Virus record (IMG/VR): IMGVR_UViG_3300027914_001343
Location: 85,167-149,166 of that record
Reading direction: 5' to 3' (one strand)
Length of the DNA: 64,000 bases
Source: a virus
Taxonomy: Duplodnaviria; Caudoviricetes
The translations under genes and the position numbers were made by a program. How positions within the stretch are numbered: the stretch's first letter is position 1; the number at the start of each line of letters is the position of its first letter. Of the stretch, positions 54,683 through 64,000 are shown one piece after another. The notes below the pieces were generated by a model. The model ran no database searches, had not been told where the DNA came from, and saw only the letters and a list, made by a program, of their open reading frames with translations.

Positions 54683-55087
54683 TTATTTGGACGTACTTGG
54701 ACGACATCCTGCAAGAATTGCGTTCCGTGTTTTAATCATTTCAGTCCGTAGGCGTTCAGCGTATAAGCGGTGTTCTCTGATAATCTTCAGTTCGAGTGCG
54801 TCCATTGCTTCGTAATCGTGCGGCTTAATGGCTTCAAAATCCTTCAATCGCATGTCAGGCAATGGTGGAGGGACTGGGAAAACGAAATTAGAGCATAAAT
54901 CTTTCTTCTGGTCTTTCTTTGTATTCGGAAGAGAAGCTTGTTGTAGCTCTTGTTTTTCATTTGTTTTTTGTTCACTACTAATCACTGTCGTTTCATTAAC
55001 AACAGTATGGTTGACATTCGTAGTGTTAACTGTATTGCAAGATGTAAGCGCCCAGATTACAGGCAGTATCAATAAACGATTTTTCAT
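54683..55087 (-). CDS. outer-membrane lipoprotein, putative o-spanin
   Basis: MKNRLLILPVIWALTS-C lipobox, Pro-rich FPVPPPLP, extra cysteines; ATGA overlap with the upstream gene. Confidence 0.7.
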   Translation of the reverse strand: MKNRLLILPVIWALTSCNTVNTTNVNHTVVNETTVISSEQKTNEKQELQQASLPNTKKDQKKDLCSNFVFPVPPPLPDMRLKDFEAIKPHDYEAMDALELKIIREHRLYAERLRTEMIKTRNAILAGCRPSTSK

Positions 55088-55440
55088 TTGGTCTCCTCCT
55101 TTACAGACTCAATTTTACGTAGCTCTCGTTTTAAAATTTCAAGCCTGTTCGTTGGTTTGGTCTCTTCAATAACAGGAGACGGAACCGGAGAACTAGCTTT
55201 GATACAAAGAGTTTCTACTTCTCGAAGTTTCTTTTCTACCTTAACTTTATCGGTAGTCACAGTAAAGAGCAACCAACCAAGCGTAAAGGACAACGTAGAT
55301 GTGAAGGTAAGCAGTCCAATAAGGACAACGAGCTTAGGGTTTCTCTTCCAAGCAGACGCAATAGTGGCGTCCTTACCAAAAAACATATCGAACAGAAAAG
55401 GCCAGAAATAGAAAATAAATCTAAAAATAGCTGCTATCAT
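55084..55440 (-). CDS. inner-membrane protein, putative i-spanin
   Basis: Hydrophobic/TM segments followed by two helices separated by a Pro-rich hinge; one Cys. Confidence 0.6.
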   Translation of the reverse strand: MIAAIFRFIFYFWPFLFDMFFGKDATIASAWKRNPKLVVLIGLLTFTSTLSFTLGWLLFTVTTDKVKVEKKLREVETLCIKASSPVPSPVIEETKPTNRLEILKRELRKIESVKEETK

Positions 55441-55538
55441 GAAGGTCCTCTCTTAATTTTATAGTCATATCCAGTTTCATCTTGACAGATCTCTTAAGAA
55501 AAGTCAAGTATTTTTATTAACATCTTTGCGAGGTCGTC

Positions 55539-56831
55539 ATGTACGTTTTGAAAGGTTTCGCCAGCCATGATCTGCTGGTAAATAACGCATACGGCGCTGT
55601 GAACACAATTGGCCAGTTGTCTTTGATGGGTCTTACTTATGCCAAAGACACCGGCGAATACACTCACAGCAGTTCAGCCAATACCAAACTCACGACTTTC
55701 TTGAGCGCGGATTCTGGTGTCTTTAAAGCGCCTTCTGTCGATACGCTCGATAGCGTGTTTTCGATCATCAACTGGATCTATACAAAATCGCTTAATGTGT
55801 CTGGTCAGCTTTATGGTGATGAACTGGCAGAAGAAATCATCAAGGCTTTCCAATCCTCAGCAAAAAACATCGAACTGGGTGAAATTGTTACGGATGGCGT
55901 TTACTACATCCCTGAGTGGGTGTCTTTTGAACTGAATGCTATTTCCGGTAGTTATTTCAGGATTTGGTTTGCTGACGCAAGTTTCCGAGCACAGTACGAT
56001 GAATTTGAAATCACTGTTGTTCCGCCAATTGAAAATCTCGACACGTTCTTCATGTCGCTTTCGAAAGTAAAGGCAGCGGTTGACGCAGTCGGGTTTGCAG
56101 ACAGTCTTACCAAGATCGAAGTAGCGCGCGGCGAATGTCCTGAAACAGTTCTTCGTTCCATGACGTACAACTACATCTATCCTGCCAATACGGCGGAGAC
56201 TGTCGCTACGAACTGGGCGGTCTTGGTGTACGGTGTTGCCGGCAATAATATCGACAGCATTAAGGATGCTATTATTGAATACATCCTCGCTAATTCAACG
56301 TACACTCGTGAACAATGGATCACAATTCTTCCTGATATTTTCCGCAGGACTGAATTCGTGGTTGCGCCGAACTGGACGAGTTATGCGATTGAGAACCGCG
56401 AAATTGCTGCTGGGATCTATAGTCCAGCGATCAAAACCAATGAAGTTCTTTCGTTGATTAAGAAAGCGGCGCCAGCTTACAGTGATACCCATATCAATAG
56501 CTATTCGGAAATTATCGCGCACCATTATAAATGCCTTGGTTTGGCTGTTGTTGGTGGCGCAGAAAACCGTGATTCTCTGTATTCCCTTACGGATGTTTAT
56601 CCTGATTATCTGGCAGTTGCAAGTACTAGCCAGGACTTTAATCGAATGTCCGAAGCTAGTCGTGACTTCTGTGAAGATCTTGAAAACATGATCATCATTG
56701 CAGAAAAGATGACGAAATACAGTGATATCCCGAGTGGATACACCAGACTCATTCGTGACGGCGTTCTTTACATCGTTAAGAGTATTGGGAATATCCATTA
56801 CCTTGTCGCAGCAAAAAGCAACAATAGCTAA
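55539..56831 (+). CDS. virion structural protein (gp157-like)
   Basis: 430 aa starting MYVLKGF; synteny. Confidence 0.72.
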   Translation: MYVLKGFASHDLLVNNAYGAVNTIGQLSLMGLTYAKDTGEYTHSSSANTKLTTFLSADSGVFKAPSVDTLDSVFSIINWIYTKSLNVSGQLYGDELAEEIIKAFQSSAKNIELGEIVTDGVYYIPEWVSFELNAISGSYFRIWFADASFRAQYDEFEITVVPPIENLDTFFMSLSKVKAAVDAVGFADSLTKIEVARGECPETVLRSMTYNYIYPANTAETVATNWAVLVYGVAGNNIDSIKDAIIEYILANSTYTREQWITILPDIFRRTEFVVAPNWTSYAIENREIAAGIYSPAIKTNEVLSLIKKAAPAYSDTHINSYSEIIAHHYKCLGLAVVGGAENRDSLYSLTDVYPDYLAVASTSQDFNRMSEASRDFCEDLENMIIIAEKMTKYSDIPSGYTRLIRDGVLYIVKSIGNIHYLVAAKSNNS

Positions 56832-56841
56832 GGAGGGCTAA

Positions 56842-57459
56842 ATGTCCACTAGCATCATTCCGGATATTTCAGCCAGCGGTTTGTGGGTTCTTAAGGAACC
56901 TTTCAATACACTTCTGCTGACAGAAACTCCTTATACATGCGTTGCCGTCAGAAAGACCTCTGACCTTCTTAAGATCGGTGAAGACCCAAAGAAGTTTTAT
57001 ACTGATAAGGGACTTGCGGATACTGTTTACGCTGAAGATCTCAAGGTAGATGTCTGTATCATCAGCCTTCAGTGTAATAGTACTGGCGATATTGTTTATG
57101 TACCATCGACCTATATCCTCAGTTATCCTAAAGGCAGTGGTGTTCCGTACAGCATGATGGGTCTGGCTATTTCTCTTGGCGCAATGCCTGAATCTACTGA
57201 CCTTACTTATCTGAAACAACGGATGAAAGATATCGTCACTGAAACTGTCGGTGTCGAAGGCACTGTCCATCAGCTCTCAATCAGTACTATGCAATTGATG
57301 GACCAAGATTCACACAAGCGTCTTGAAGTTGCAAGGATGGCAAAGATTACGATTAATAAGACTGATCGTGAGCTCTATTTGGAAGAGCAAGCTAAGAACG
57401 AGGCTCTTACCACAAGAGTGGCTGAGTTGGAAGCATACATCCTTAGTTTGAATCCATAA
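56842..57459 (+). CDS. conserved phiKZ-like protein (gp161-like)
   Basis: 205 aa, AGGAGG RBS, C-terminal coiled coil. Confidence 0.68.
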   Translation: MSTSIIPDISASGLWVLKEPFNTLLLTETPYTCVAVRKTSDLLKIGEDPKKFYTDKGLADTVYAEDLKVDVCIISLQCNSTGDIVYVPSTYILSYPKGSGVPYSMMGLAISLGAMPESTDLTYLKQRMKDIVTETVGVEGTVHQLSISTMQLMDQDSHKRLEVARMAKITINKTDRELYLEEQAKNEALTTRVAELEAYILSLNP

Positions 57460-57461
57460 GG

Positions 57462-57495
57462 CATAAATACCGGGAGCCAGAGCTCCCGGTATATG
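57462..57495. terminator. two-sided CATA-hairpin-TATG element
   Basis: CATA aa TACCGGGAGC caga GCTCCCGGTA TATG. Confidence 0.8.
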
Positions 57496-57503
57496 CTGTT
57501 CAT

Positions 57504-58544
57504 TTACGCGTAACGAATGTTGTTCGCAAAGATTTGCTGGGCTTTAAGAACGGTGGCGATTTCAGCAGTTCCAGCATTAAGACTCGGTGTCGTAAGACTC
57601 GTCTCTGCTGTAACAGCTCCTTCCATCGTAACTGTGTTCTTGACCTTAAGCGGTGATTCAAAACTACACTCACCCCCACCTCCTCCACCGCCACCACCTG
57701 TTTGTGACAAAGCCCCAGCCAAACCAATGTTACCTTTGTGTGTGGTTTGTGAGGTCATATCGGTAATCGGCGAAACAATAGTAGTTGAAGTACTTGCTGT
57801 GTACTCCATCGTATCTGTCTTTACTTGAATATCCGAAGCTTCGACAGTAAGGTTGGTAGTTTTGATTTTACCGCTATCACCAGTGAACAACTCAAACACT
57901 GATTTGGTAATATCGAAGTAACTACCGTCTTTGTTTTCGTAGCGCATAGTTCTCGCAGCGCTGTCAAACAAAAAGAAATTGCTATCAGTATCCCGAATAC
58001 TGAAGTTGCCAAGATCAAGATCAAGCAGAATGTCATAGCCAAAAGGTTCGCCATTGGCTTGAGACGTATGCAGTCTGATCTGTTTCGTGTGAGACGATAC
58101 CTCGAATACATAGCAGTTATCCTCAGTGATGTTGACGTCTTCTTTTGATGTAGCACTAAAAGCAAAAACAACTGTTTCAAGTTTACGGAACCGCAGGTCA
58201 TTGCGGAGTGTGTTCCAATAGATGCGTTCTGCATCGCCAAATTTATAAAGCACTACTTGTTCACCGCGCCGCACGTTAGGTGGCGTTTGACGATTTGGTT
58301 GCCCAATAGGTAACCATGTAGCAGTTACTGAATTACTGCTATTAAGTTTTACATCTGTTTTCTTACCACTACTGTCTGCTGCAGAAACAGTTTCTTCGAA
58401 AATATGTTCAGAGATCTCACCGTCCACCATTGAAAGTTCTTCAAGTGGTGTTACTTCAATTTCAAGCGAGCTAAGGAGCTTGTTGGAGGCAACTAGCCCG
58501 TACGAATAGACGTGTAACTCACTTACTTTATACTTGGGTTTCAT
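57504..58544 (-). CDS. baseplate central spike (gpV/gp5-like; gp164-like)
   Basis: OB-fold motif 'ATWLP...TPPNVRRGEQV' followed by beta-helix-like repeats. Confidence 0.75.
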   Translation of the reverse strand: MKPKYKVSELHVYSYGLVASNKLLSSLEIEVTPLEELSMVDGEISEHIFEETVSAADSSGKKTDVKLNSSNSVTATWLPIGQPNRQTPPNVRRGEQVVLYKFGDAERIYWNTLRNDLRFRKLETVVFAFSATSKEDVNITEDNCYVFEVSSHTKQIRLHTSQANGEPFGYDILLDLDLGNFSIRDTDSNFFLFDSAARTMRYENKDGSYFDITKSVFELFTGDSGKIKTTNLTVEASDIQVKTDTMEYTASTSTTIVSPITDMTSQTTHKGNIGLAGALSQTGGGGGGGGGECSFESPLKVKNTVTMEGAVTAETSLTTPSLNAGTAEIATVLKAQQIFANNIRYA

Positions 58545-58609
58545 TGCAAACTCCAGTTAAAATTTCTATATAGTCTTCATATTTTGAGAAACATGCCTAG
58601 GAGCATTAG

Positions 58610-61099
58610 ATGCTTTACGAAAGTCTTGAACTCAAAGGCTATAAACGAATGGCTTTGGGTGGTGTAAATCATTTCATCATCAAACCAACCAAACGTGTCC
58701 AGCTTATTCTCGGTACTAACGGTAGCGGTAAGAGCTCTCTGATCAGTGTGCTGAATCCACTACCTGCCGATAAAGCAGACTTCACAAAAGAAGGCTGTAA
58801 GATAATTAAAATCCGTCACAATGGAAGATCGTATGTTTTGTCTTCCGTATTCTCGCCTAAGGTCTTTCATAGTTTCCTTAAGGATGGTGTAGAACTGAAT
58901 GATGGCGGAACAATGACTGTCCAGACAGAACTAGTCAAAAAAGAATTCGGTTATGACAAAGACGTTCATGGCATCCTGAATGGAAATGAACGTTTTACCA
59001 CCATGTCACCCTCAAAACGCCGTGAATGGTTTACTCGTCTTTCTGATGTGAACTATGACTACGCTATTGGTGTTTACGGGCGTATGAAAGATCTACTTCG
59101 TGACGTTAGCGGTGCAATGAAGATGGCTAACAAGCATCTAGTTGCCGAAACAGCGAAGCTTATGTCTCCAGAAGAAATGGAGCTTTTGGAAAAAGAAGTA
59201 ACTGGTCTTGAGGCTGATCTAGCTATCCTTCAGAAACTTCGTTCGGCACCAGAAACAGATTACGAAACCGCGTATCAGATCGCTGAGTCATCTGCCAGAC
59301 AGCTGGCGCAGCTTAGTGTTGGTTACAACAAAGTGCGAGCAGTTATCGAGAGCAGTTCTGACTTTGTCAGCATGCAGGAGCTTGATAACAGGATTGAAGA
59401 AACCAAGCGCGGTCTCACGGTTGTCGAAACACAGATTAGTGCGCTGACGGAGGAGTTCGAGAAACTTCAGCAAACACAGCAGTTGTTGGTTCGAACAGGC
59501 AATGAAAATGAACGTACCATCATTGAAAAAATCAACTACCATACGGCAGAAAGAAATAAGTTCCTTGCCAAGATGAGGTCGGGTGTCCCTATCCCTGATC
59601 CAGAGCGCTCAGCAGACGCGCTTAAGTATGGTTTTGATATTCTCGAGAATGTGTTTGACAACATTCCGAGCAATGAAGATAAACGTTTCTCGCAGCGTAC
59701 TGCTGCTGAGCTAGAAGAGAAGATTATCAATGTCAAGTCTTCTATCAATCAAACTGAAACAAAGATAGCAGGTTTGATTGCTAAGAAGAATCATCTCGAG
59801 CAGCACCTCTCAAAGGGCGAAGTAAGTTGTCCGAAATGCGCCCATCGTTTCCATCCTGGATTCAGTGCTGACGACGTAAGGTTAGTTGATGAACAGATCC
59901 AGAAAGAAACAGAGCAGTTAGCAGCACTAAATGTTCGTTTGAATGAACTACGCGAAACAGAAGAAGAGTTTACAAAATACCGTACGCTTTTCAGCGAGTA
60001 TTCTCGTTTTGTACGTTCTGCTCCTCAGCTTAACCTGCTCTGGGATACAATTAACGAAAAAGAGCTCTTAATTCGTTCACCAAGGGCATGTAAAACGCTT
60101 CTGATGAGTTTCCATAGCGATCATGAATTCGCGTTAGCTGCTGAAACAGAAACGCGTGAAATCGCGCGTTTGACGGCTTTAAAAGCAGATGCAGAACAAG
60201 TGAGTGAAGTGAACGTTTTGGATATCGACCGTAAACTTTCTGACGCTGAATCTAAACTGGGAATATTTTCTGTAACGCGTTCACACCTGAATCGACAGCT
60301 GATCGAACTTTCTACAGTGCGAAAAGACATTGTTGATTTGGAACGTCTGGCTGAGCGCATTAAAGAGCAGATAGCCGACCTAACTGTAAAGACGCAGTAC
60401 GCTGTAGAAACTAAACGGCGTGAAATGTTAGCTGGTGTAATTACAAAGGTGCAGGTTATTCTGGCTAGGAAAGCAGAAGCACTTAATGCAGCTAGCATGC
60501 AGAAGGGCATTGTCGACGATCTGAAGTCTCAAATCTCTCGTTATGAGAAAGACGAGGCTGTACTAAAGAGCGTCATGCGTGAACTCTCTCCTACCGAAGG
60601 TCTTATTGCTGAAGGTATGCTTGGGTTCATTAGAAACTTTGTAGGACAGATGAATATTCTTATTCGTAAGGTCTGGACCTACCCACTCGTTATTAAGGAA
60701 TGCGGTAGCACTACTGACGAAGGCACTGAACTTGACTACGTTTTCCCTTTGATGGTTCAGACTAAAGACAACGTAGCGCCAGATATCAGTAAAGGTAGTA
60801 CTGGGATGCGAGAAATTGTGGATATGGCTTTCAAGCTTGTTGCAATGATCTATCTTGGTCTTTCTGATGCGCCGTTATTTCTTGATGAGTTCTCTGCTAG
60901 TTTCGATGATGCTCATCGTGACTCAGCAATGGAAATGCTGAAGACTGTATTAGAGCAGCAGTCTTTCAGTCAGCTGTACATGGTTTCGCATTATCAAGCT
61001 TCTTACGGGAAGTTGTCTAATGTGGAAACATGCGTTCTTTGCCCTAACAACATCACGGTTCCTGATCAGGACTATAACAAACACGTTTATATAAACTAG
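58610..61099 (+). CDS. sbcC: SbcC/Rad50-like SMC ATPase (gp165-like)
   Basis: Walker A GTNGSGKS, coiled coils, CPKC zinc hook, SKGSTG signature, LFLDE Walker B, VSH. Confidence 0.93.
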   Translation: MLYESLELKGYKRMALGGVNHFIIKPTKRVQLILGTNGSGKSSLISVLNPLPADKADFTKEGCKIIKIRHNGRSYVLSSVFSPKVFHSFLKDGVELNDGGTMTVQTELVKKEFGYDKDVHGILNGNERFTTMSPSKRREWFTRLSDVNYDYAIGVYGRMKDLLRDVSGAMKMANKHLVAETAKLMSPEEMELLEKEVTGLEADLAILQKLRSAPETDYETAYQIAESSARQLAQLSVGYNKVRAVIESSSDFVSMQELDNRIEETKRGLTVVETQISALTEEFEKLQQTQQLLVRTGNENERTIIEKINYHTAERNKFLAKMRSGVPIPDPERSADALKYGFDILENVFDNIPSNEDKRFSQRTAAELEEKIINVKSSINQTETKIAGLIAKKNHLEQHLSKGEVSCPKCAHRFHPGFSADDVRLVDEQIQKETEQLAALNVRLNELRETEEEFTKYRTLFSEYSRFVRSAPQLNLLWDTINEKELLIRSPRACKTLLMSFHSDHEFALAAETETREIARLTALKADAEQVSEVNVLDIDRKLSDAESKLGIFSVTRSHLNRQLIELSTVRKDIVDLERLAERIKEQIADLTVKTQYAVETKRREMLAGVITKVQVILARKAEALNAASMQKGIVDDLKSQISRYEKDEAVLKSVMRELSPTEGLIAEGMLGFIRNFVGQMNILIRKVWTYPLVIKECGSTTDEGTELDYVFPLMVQTKDNVAPDISKGSTGMREIVDMAFKLVAMIYLGLSDAPLFLDEFSASFDDAHRDSAMEMLKTVLEQQSFSQLYMVSHYQASYGKLSNVETCVLCPNNITVPDQDYNKHVYIN

Positions 61100-61111
61100 G
61101 AGTTTGAAAAA

Positions 61112-61933
61112 ATGCAAGACACCAATTTGCAAGCTTTGAAAGAACTGGAAGACGTAACTGCTCGTCTGAATCAACATAGCGTCCTGCTTCGGCAGGATTT
61201 GCAGCACATTGTTGCTGCTCTCAAGGATATCGAGTTCTGCCAGAACTTCTTTACAGGCCTGGTAAAGCAAGCGCGTTCCAACGTTGCCGCTAATACTGAA
61301 GCCGCCAACCGCGAAGTACTTGCGGAAGAAAAGCCCGACGAACCGATTAAGGCTGAAGAAGTAAAGGAACCAGCTAGCGGCGAAACGCCAGTGATTGCGC
61401 ATACCGACGAAGCGGCCGTCTATCATCACCCGGTGGAAGAAGCCAGTCCTGAAAAAATGCCGACTTCTGAAGTCGAAGAAGTGGCTGCTATTCTGGAAGA
61501 AGCAATCGATGTTCCGGAAGAAGAAATCGGACCGATTCAGAAAGCGATCTATAGCAACTACTTCAACTCACTCGTAAAAGCTGGCAAGGGTGAAGTGATC
61601 ACTGACCAGAAAGGTAAGTGGAAACTTAAAGCGCCTTTCAAGACTTACACTCAAGATGTTCGTGGTGTTGAAAAGAAAACGCTGTCTGGCTGGCCTTCGG
61701 GCTTCTATCGCAATTCCAACAACAACAGCAAGATGCTGATGTTCCGTCTCGACAATCTCGCAGTTCTCTTCGAAGATATCGAGAACATCAATATTGACAA
61801 TATCAGCATCTGTCATCTTACGTCGGATGTTGTCAGTCCGTGGACGCCGGCTTCCAAGATCAGCGCAACGAACCAAGAACTTTTGGTTGCGGCCATCGGA
61901 ACTTGGCAGATGGCGAACTGCATTGAAGTCTAA
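61112..61933 (+). CDS. hypothetical protein
   Basis: 273 aa: coiled coil, acidic linker, globular C-terminus; AGGAG RBS. Confidence 0.75.
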   Translation: MQDTNLQALKELEDVTARLNQHSVLLRQDLQHIVAALKDIEFCQNFFTGLVKQARSNVAANTEAANREVLAEEKPDEPIKAEEVKEPASGETPVIAHTDEAAVYHHPVEEASPEKMPTSEVEEVAAILEEAIDVPEEEIGPIQKAIYSNYFNSLVKAGKGEVITDQKGKWKLKAPFKTYTQDVRGVEKKTLSGWPSGFYRNSNNNSKMLMFRLDNLAVLFEDIENINIDNISICHLTSDVVSPWTPASKISATNQELLVAAIGTWQMANCIEV

Positions 61934-61947
61934 GTAGTAAAATGCGG

Positions 61948-61979
61948 CATATCGGCCAGGCTTTCGCCTGGCCTTTATG
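61948..61979. terminator. two-sided CATA-hairpin-TATG element
   Basis: CATA tc GGCCAGGC tttc GCCTGGCC tt TATG. Confidence 0.8.
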
Positions 61980-61982
61980 CTG

Positions 61983-63209
61983 TTAAATATCAGAACCGAT
62001 TTTGAGGAAATATGCCGGTCCTTGTTGTGTGAGTTTCCTTGGTTCACGGGCATCGTTGAGAACAGCAAGATTTAGCGGATTAGTTGTATCGTACATCCGG
62101 TTCTTGTAGCTATTGTCACGCGAGCGAACAAGCCATTGGCCACAATCAGACAAAGCAATGTATTCGCTAACTCGACCAAGCCCAACAATCAAAGGCCAAA
62201 GAGGCTCAACGCTTGAAAGCATCTGACAAGATTGCTTAGTAACCTCAATGTTTTCTTTTTCAACAAATAGATTATTCGATTCAACAATCACAAGGAAAGA
62301 TTGTGAGAGTGTGAAGTAAGCAGTCAGGTTCTCATCGGACAAAAAGTCATTTACGACGAGGGTGGAGTCGTTCGTGTCAATGCGCTGAATAGGAAGACTA
62401 GTCAGATCAAGAGTATGCATTGATTCGTGGTAACGTTCAATGATCGGAATATTCTCAACCGACACACAGAGCATTTGATCGCTGACAAGAAAGACATCCT
62501 TCTTATCCATGACATGCATGTAACCACCTAGCACAAGAATCACAGTTTTATCAGAAACATCTTCACCGATGTTAATGAAGGTACGATGTCTGAATTCCTG
62601 GCTAGATGAGGTCTTGTGCAGCATGTCGGCAGTAATTGCTTTGTACTTGATGTCAGCAATTTCACCGAAGCTATGAATACCTAGCTGGTTCTCGCCAGAA
62701 TGGTAACAAGTCTTCATGCCTTCATGCACCCAAGCACCAAGATTTGAAGAATCAACATAATGGAAATAACCATTGACGCTAACCATACAGCGCTTACCGA
62801 AGAGATTGAAATCAACTCCTTCCTTAGACAAGAAAAGAGTAGTGGCGTCAGCTGCAGGTAAATCGAAGTCAGGAGACGATAGAAGTCCTGTTGGTTTGAT
62901 ATCGTAGCCAGCAGCAAAACCATCGACATACTTGACAAATTTTGGATTTAGCACAGGAAGTTCAGTGCTAGTAGAAAGAGCCTTATTACCAAGGCTAGCT
63001 AGCCATTCGTTAAACGTAGATGTCATCCCGGCTAGAGTTGTTCTATAACCGCTGAGAGTGAGACAAACGTTACCAGTAATAAATGGGTTAGAAAGAATAG
63101 CTTTCACTTCCTGGTAGTCAGAAAAGAGTTTATTTAACGGTTGGCTACCGATCTCTACAGAAGCCCAACGACCACTGGTTTTTCCAATGGCAGAAACAAG
63201 TGAGTACAT
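61983..63209 (-). CDS. putative virion structural protein
   Basis: ATG 63209 with GGAGG RBS; 'VSVNGYFH' and 'YFTLSQSFLV' blocks recalled from phiKZ-like virion proteins. Confidence 0.65.
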   Translation of the reverse strand: MYSLVSAIGKTSGRWASVEIGSQPLNKLFSDYQEVKAILSNPFITGNVCLTLSGYRTTLAGMTSTFNEWLASLGNKALSTSTELPVLNPKFVKYVDGFAAGYDIKPTGLLSSPDFDLPAADATTLFLSKEGVDFNLFGKRCMVSVNGYFHYVDSSNLGAWVHEGMKTCYHSGENQLGIHSFGEIADIKYKAITADMLHKTSSSQEFRHRTFINIGEDVSDKTVILVLGGYMHVMDKKDVFLVSDQMLCVSVENIPIIERYHESMHTLDLTSLPIQRIDTNDSTLVVNDFLSDENLTAYFTLSQSFLVIVESNNLFVEKENIEVTKQSCQMLSSVEPLWPLIVGLGRVSEYIALSDCGQWLVRSRDNSYKNRMYDTTNPLNLAVLNDAREPRKLTQQGPAYFLKIGSDI

Positions 63210-63338
63210 GGGAGCCCTCCGGGCAAAAAAGGATTTCAAATACTATGGTCTTGATATTTGTTCTATAAAATGGAATAGCTTTTTCTTATTAGTGGCACCA
63301 GTATTAAGGTGTCGTTATGTGTAAACCAGGAGTAGACG

Positions 63339-64000
63339 ATGAGTTACCCATTTGATCCTACCGGCAAACTGGTGTCGAATAAAATCGAAAACGAGCAGCA
63401 CATTATCACCAGCAACAACTGGCGTGATTATCACTTCATCGTGCCTACGTGTGCTCCTTTTTTCGCATCAGGTCTGGTATTGAAGATCACTGAAATCAGT
63501 GGTCGTGTACGTTATCTCGAAGAAGGCGTGGATTGGTATCCTACGCATTGTTTCATCTCTGCATCTCGTGCTTGTGCTGCCCCGATTTACGGTTCTATTA
63601 GTTTCCTTGATACCAGCCTTGCTGGCGTAGTCACTATCGAAAAGTATCAAACAATCGGCGGTAAGTGGATTCTTGATCAAACAGCAGTTGAAAAGATTCT
63701 TGCTGATTCTATCCATAATCCACGCATCAGCACTTGGGAATCTGTAACGGAACTCCCTTATGGTTTCCCTGTTATCGATCATGAGTGGGATTTGGCTGAC
63801 ATGGTTGGGATGAAAGATGTCCTTGCTGTGTTGCAGCAGATCGAAGAACAGATTCGATTGAAAAGTCAAGACGGTTTGGCACAACACATTGCAGATATTG
63901 GAAACCCACACCAAGTCACGCAAGCTCAAGTTGGCTTGGGTAATCTCAAGAACTACGGTGTTGCAGACATCGACGCAGCTGTTGCTGGTGCGAGTAATGA
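63339..64000 (+). CDS. tail fibre-like protein (gp145/146-like), 3'-truncated by the window
   Basis: Manual translation: MSYPFDPTGKLVSNKIENEQH...GNPHQVTQAQVGLGNLKNY; AGGAG RBS; absent from the ORF track. Confidence 0.8.
   Translation, partial: MSYPFDPTGKLVSNKIENEQHIITSNNWRDYHFIVPTCAPFFASGLVLKITEISGRVRYLEEGVDWYPTHCFISASRACAAPIYGSISFLDTSLAGVVTIEKYQTIGGKWILDQTAVEKILADSIHNPRISTWESVTELPYGFPVIDHEWDLADMVGMKDVLAVLQQIEEQIRLKSQDGLAQHIADIGNPHQVTQAQVGLGNLKNYGVADIDAAVAGASN

Noticed and set aside
1744-61979. Repeated hairpins as a CRISPR array or IS/MITE ends
   Set aside because: Dispersed single copies at gene ends; no spacers, cas genes, transposase or target duplications.

Overview
This window is a 64-kb segment of a phiKZ-like jumbo myophage (probably Chimalliviridae; the chimallin gene itself is not in the window). 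It carries the 5' part of the PhuZ tubulin gene (missed by the ORF track), large terminase, the baseplate/sheath/tube cluster, prohead protease, three virion RNA polymerase subunits, a 2396-aa tape measure protein with a lytic transglycosylase domain, UvsX, RNase H, a spanin-like pair, a baseplate spike, an SbcC ATPase and tail-fibre genes. Two small islands sit behind phiKZ-type early promoters. The strongest non-genic signal is a CATA-hairpin-TATG element. It is two-sided at all 8 convergent gene junctions and mostly one-sided (TATG 3' of the hairpin on the transcribed strand) at co-directional gene ends, which suggests a terminator that does not need a U-tract. A ~450-bp non-coding block (2398-2844) is packed with nested hairpins. 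phiKZ gp numbers are from memory and synteny, not from database searches. I saw no tRNA, rRNA, CRISPR array, intron or intein.
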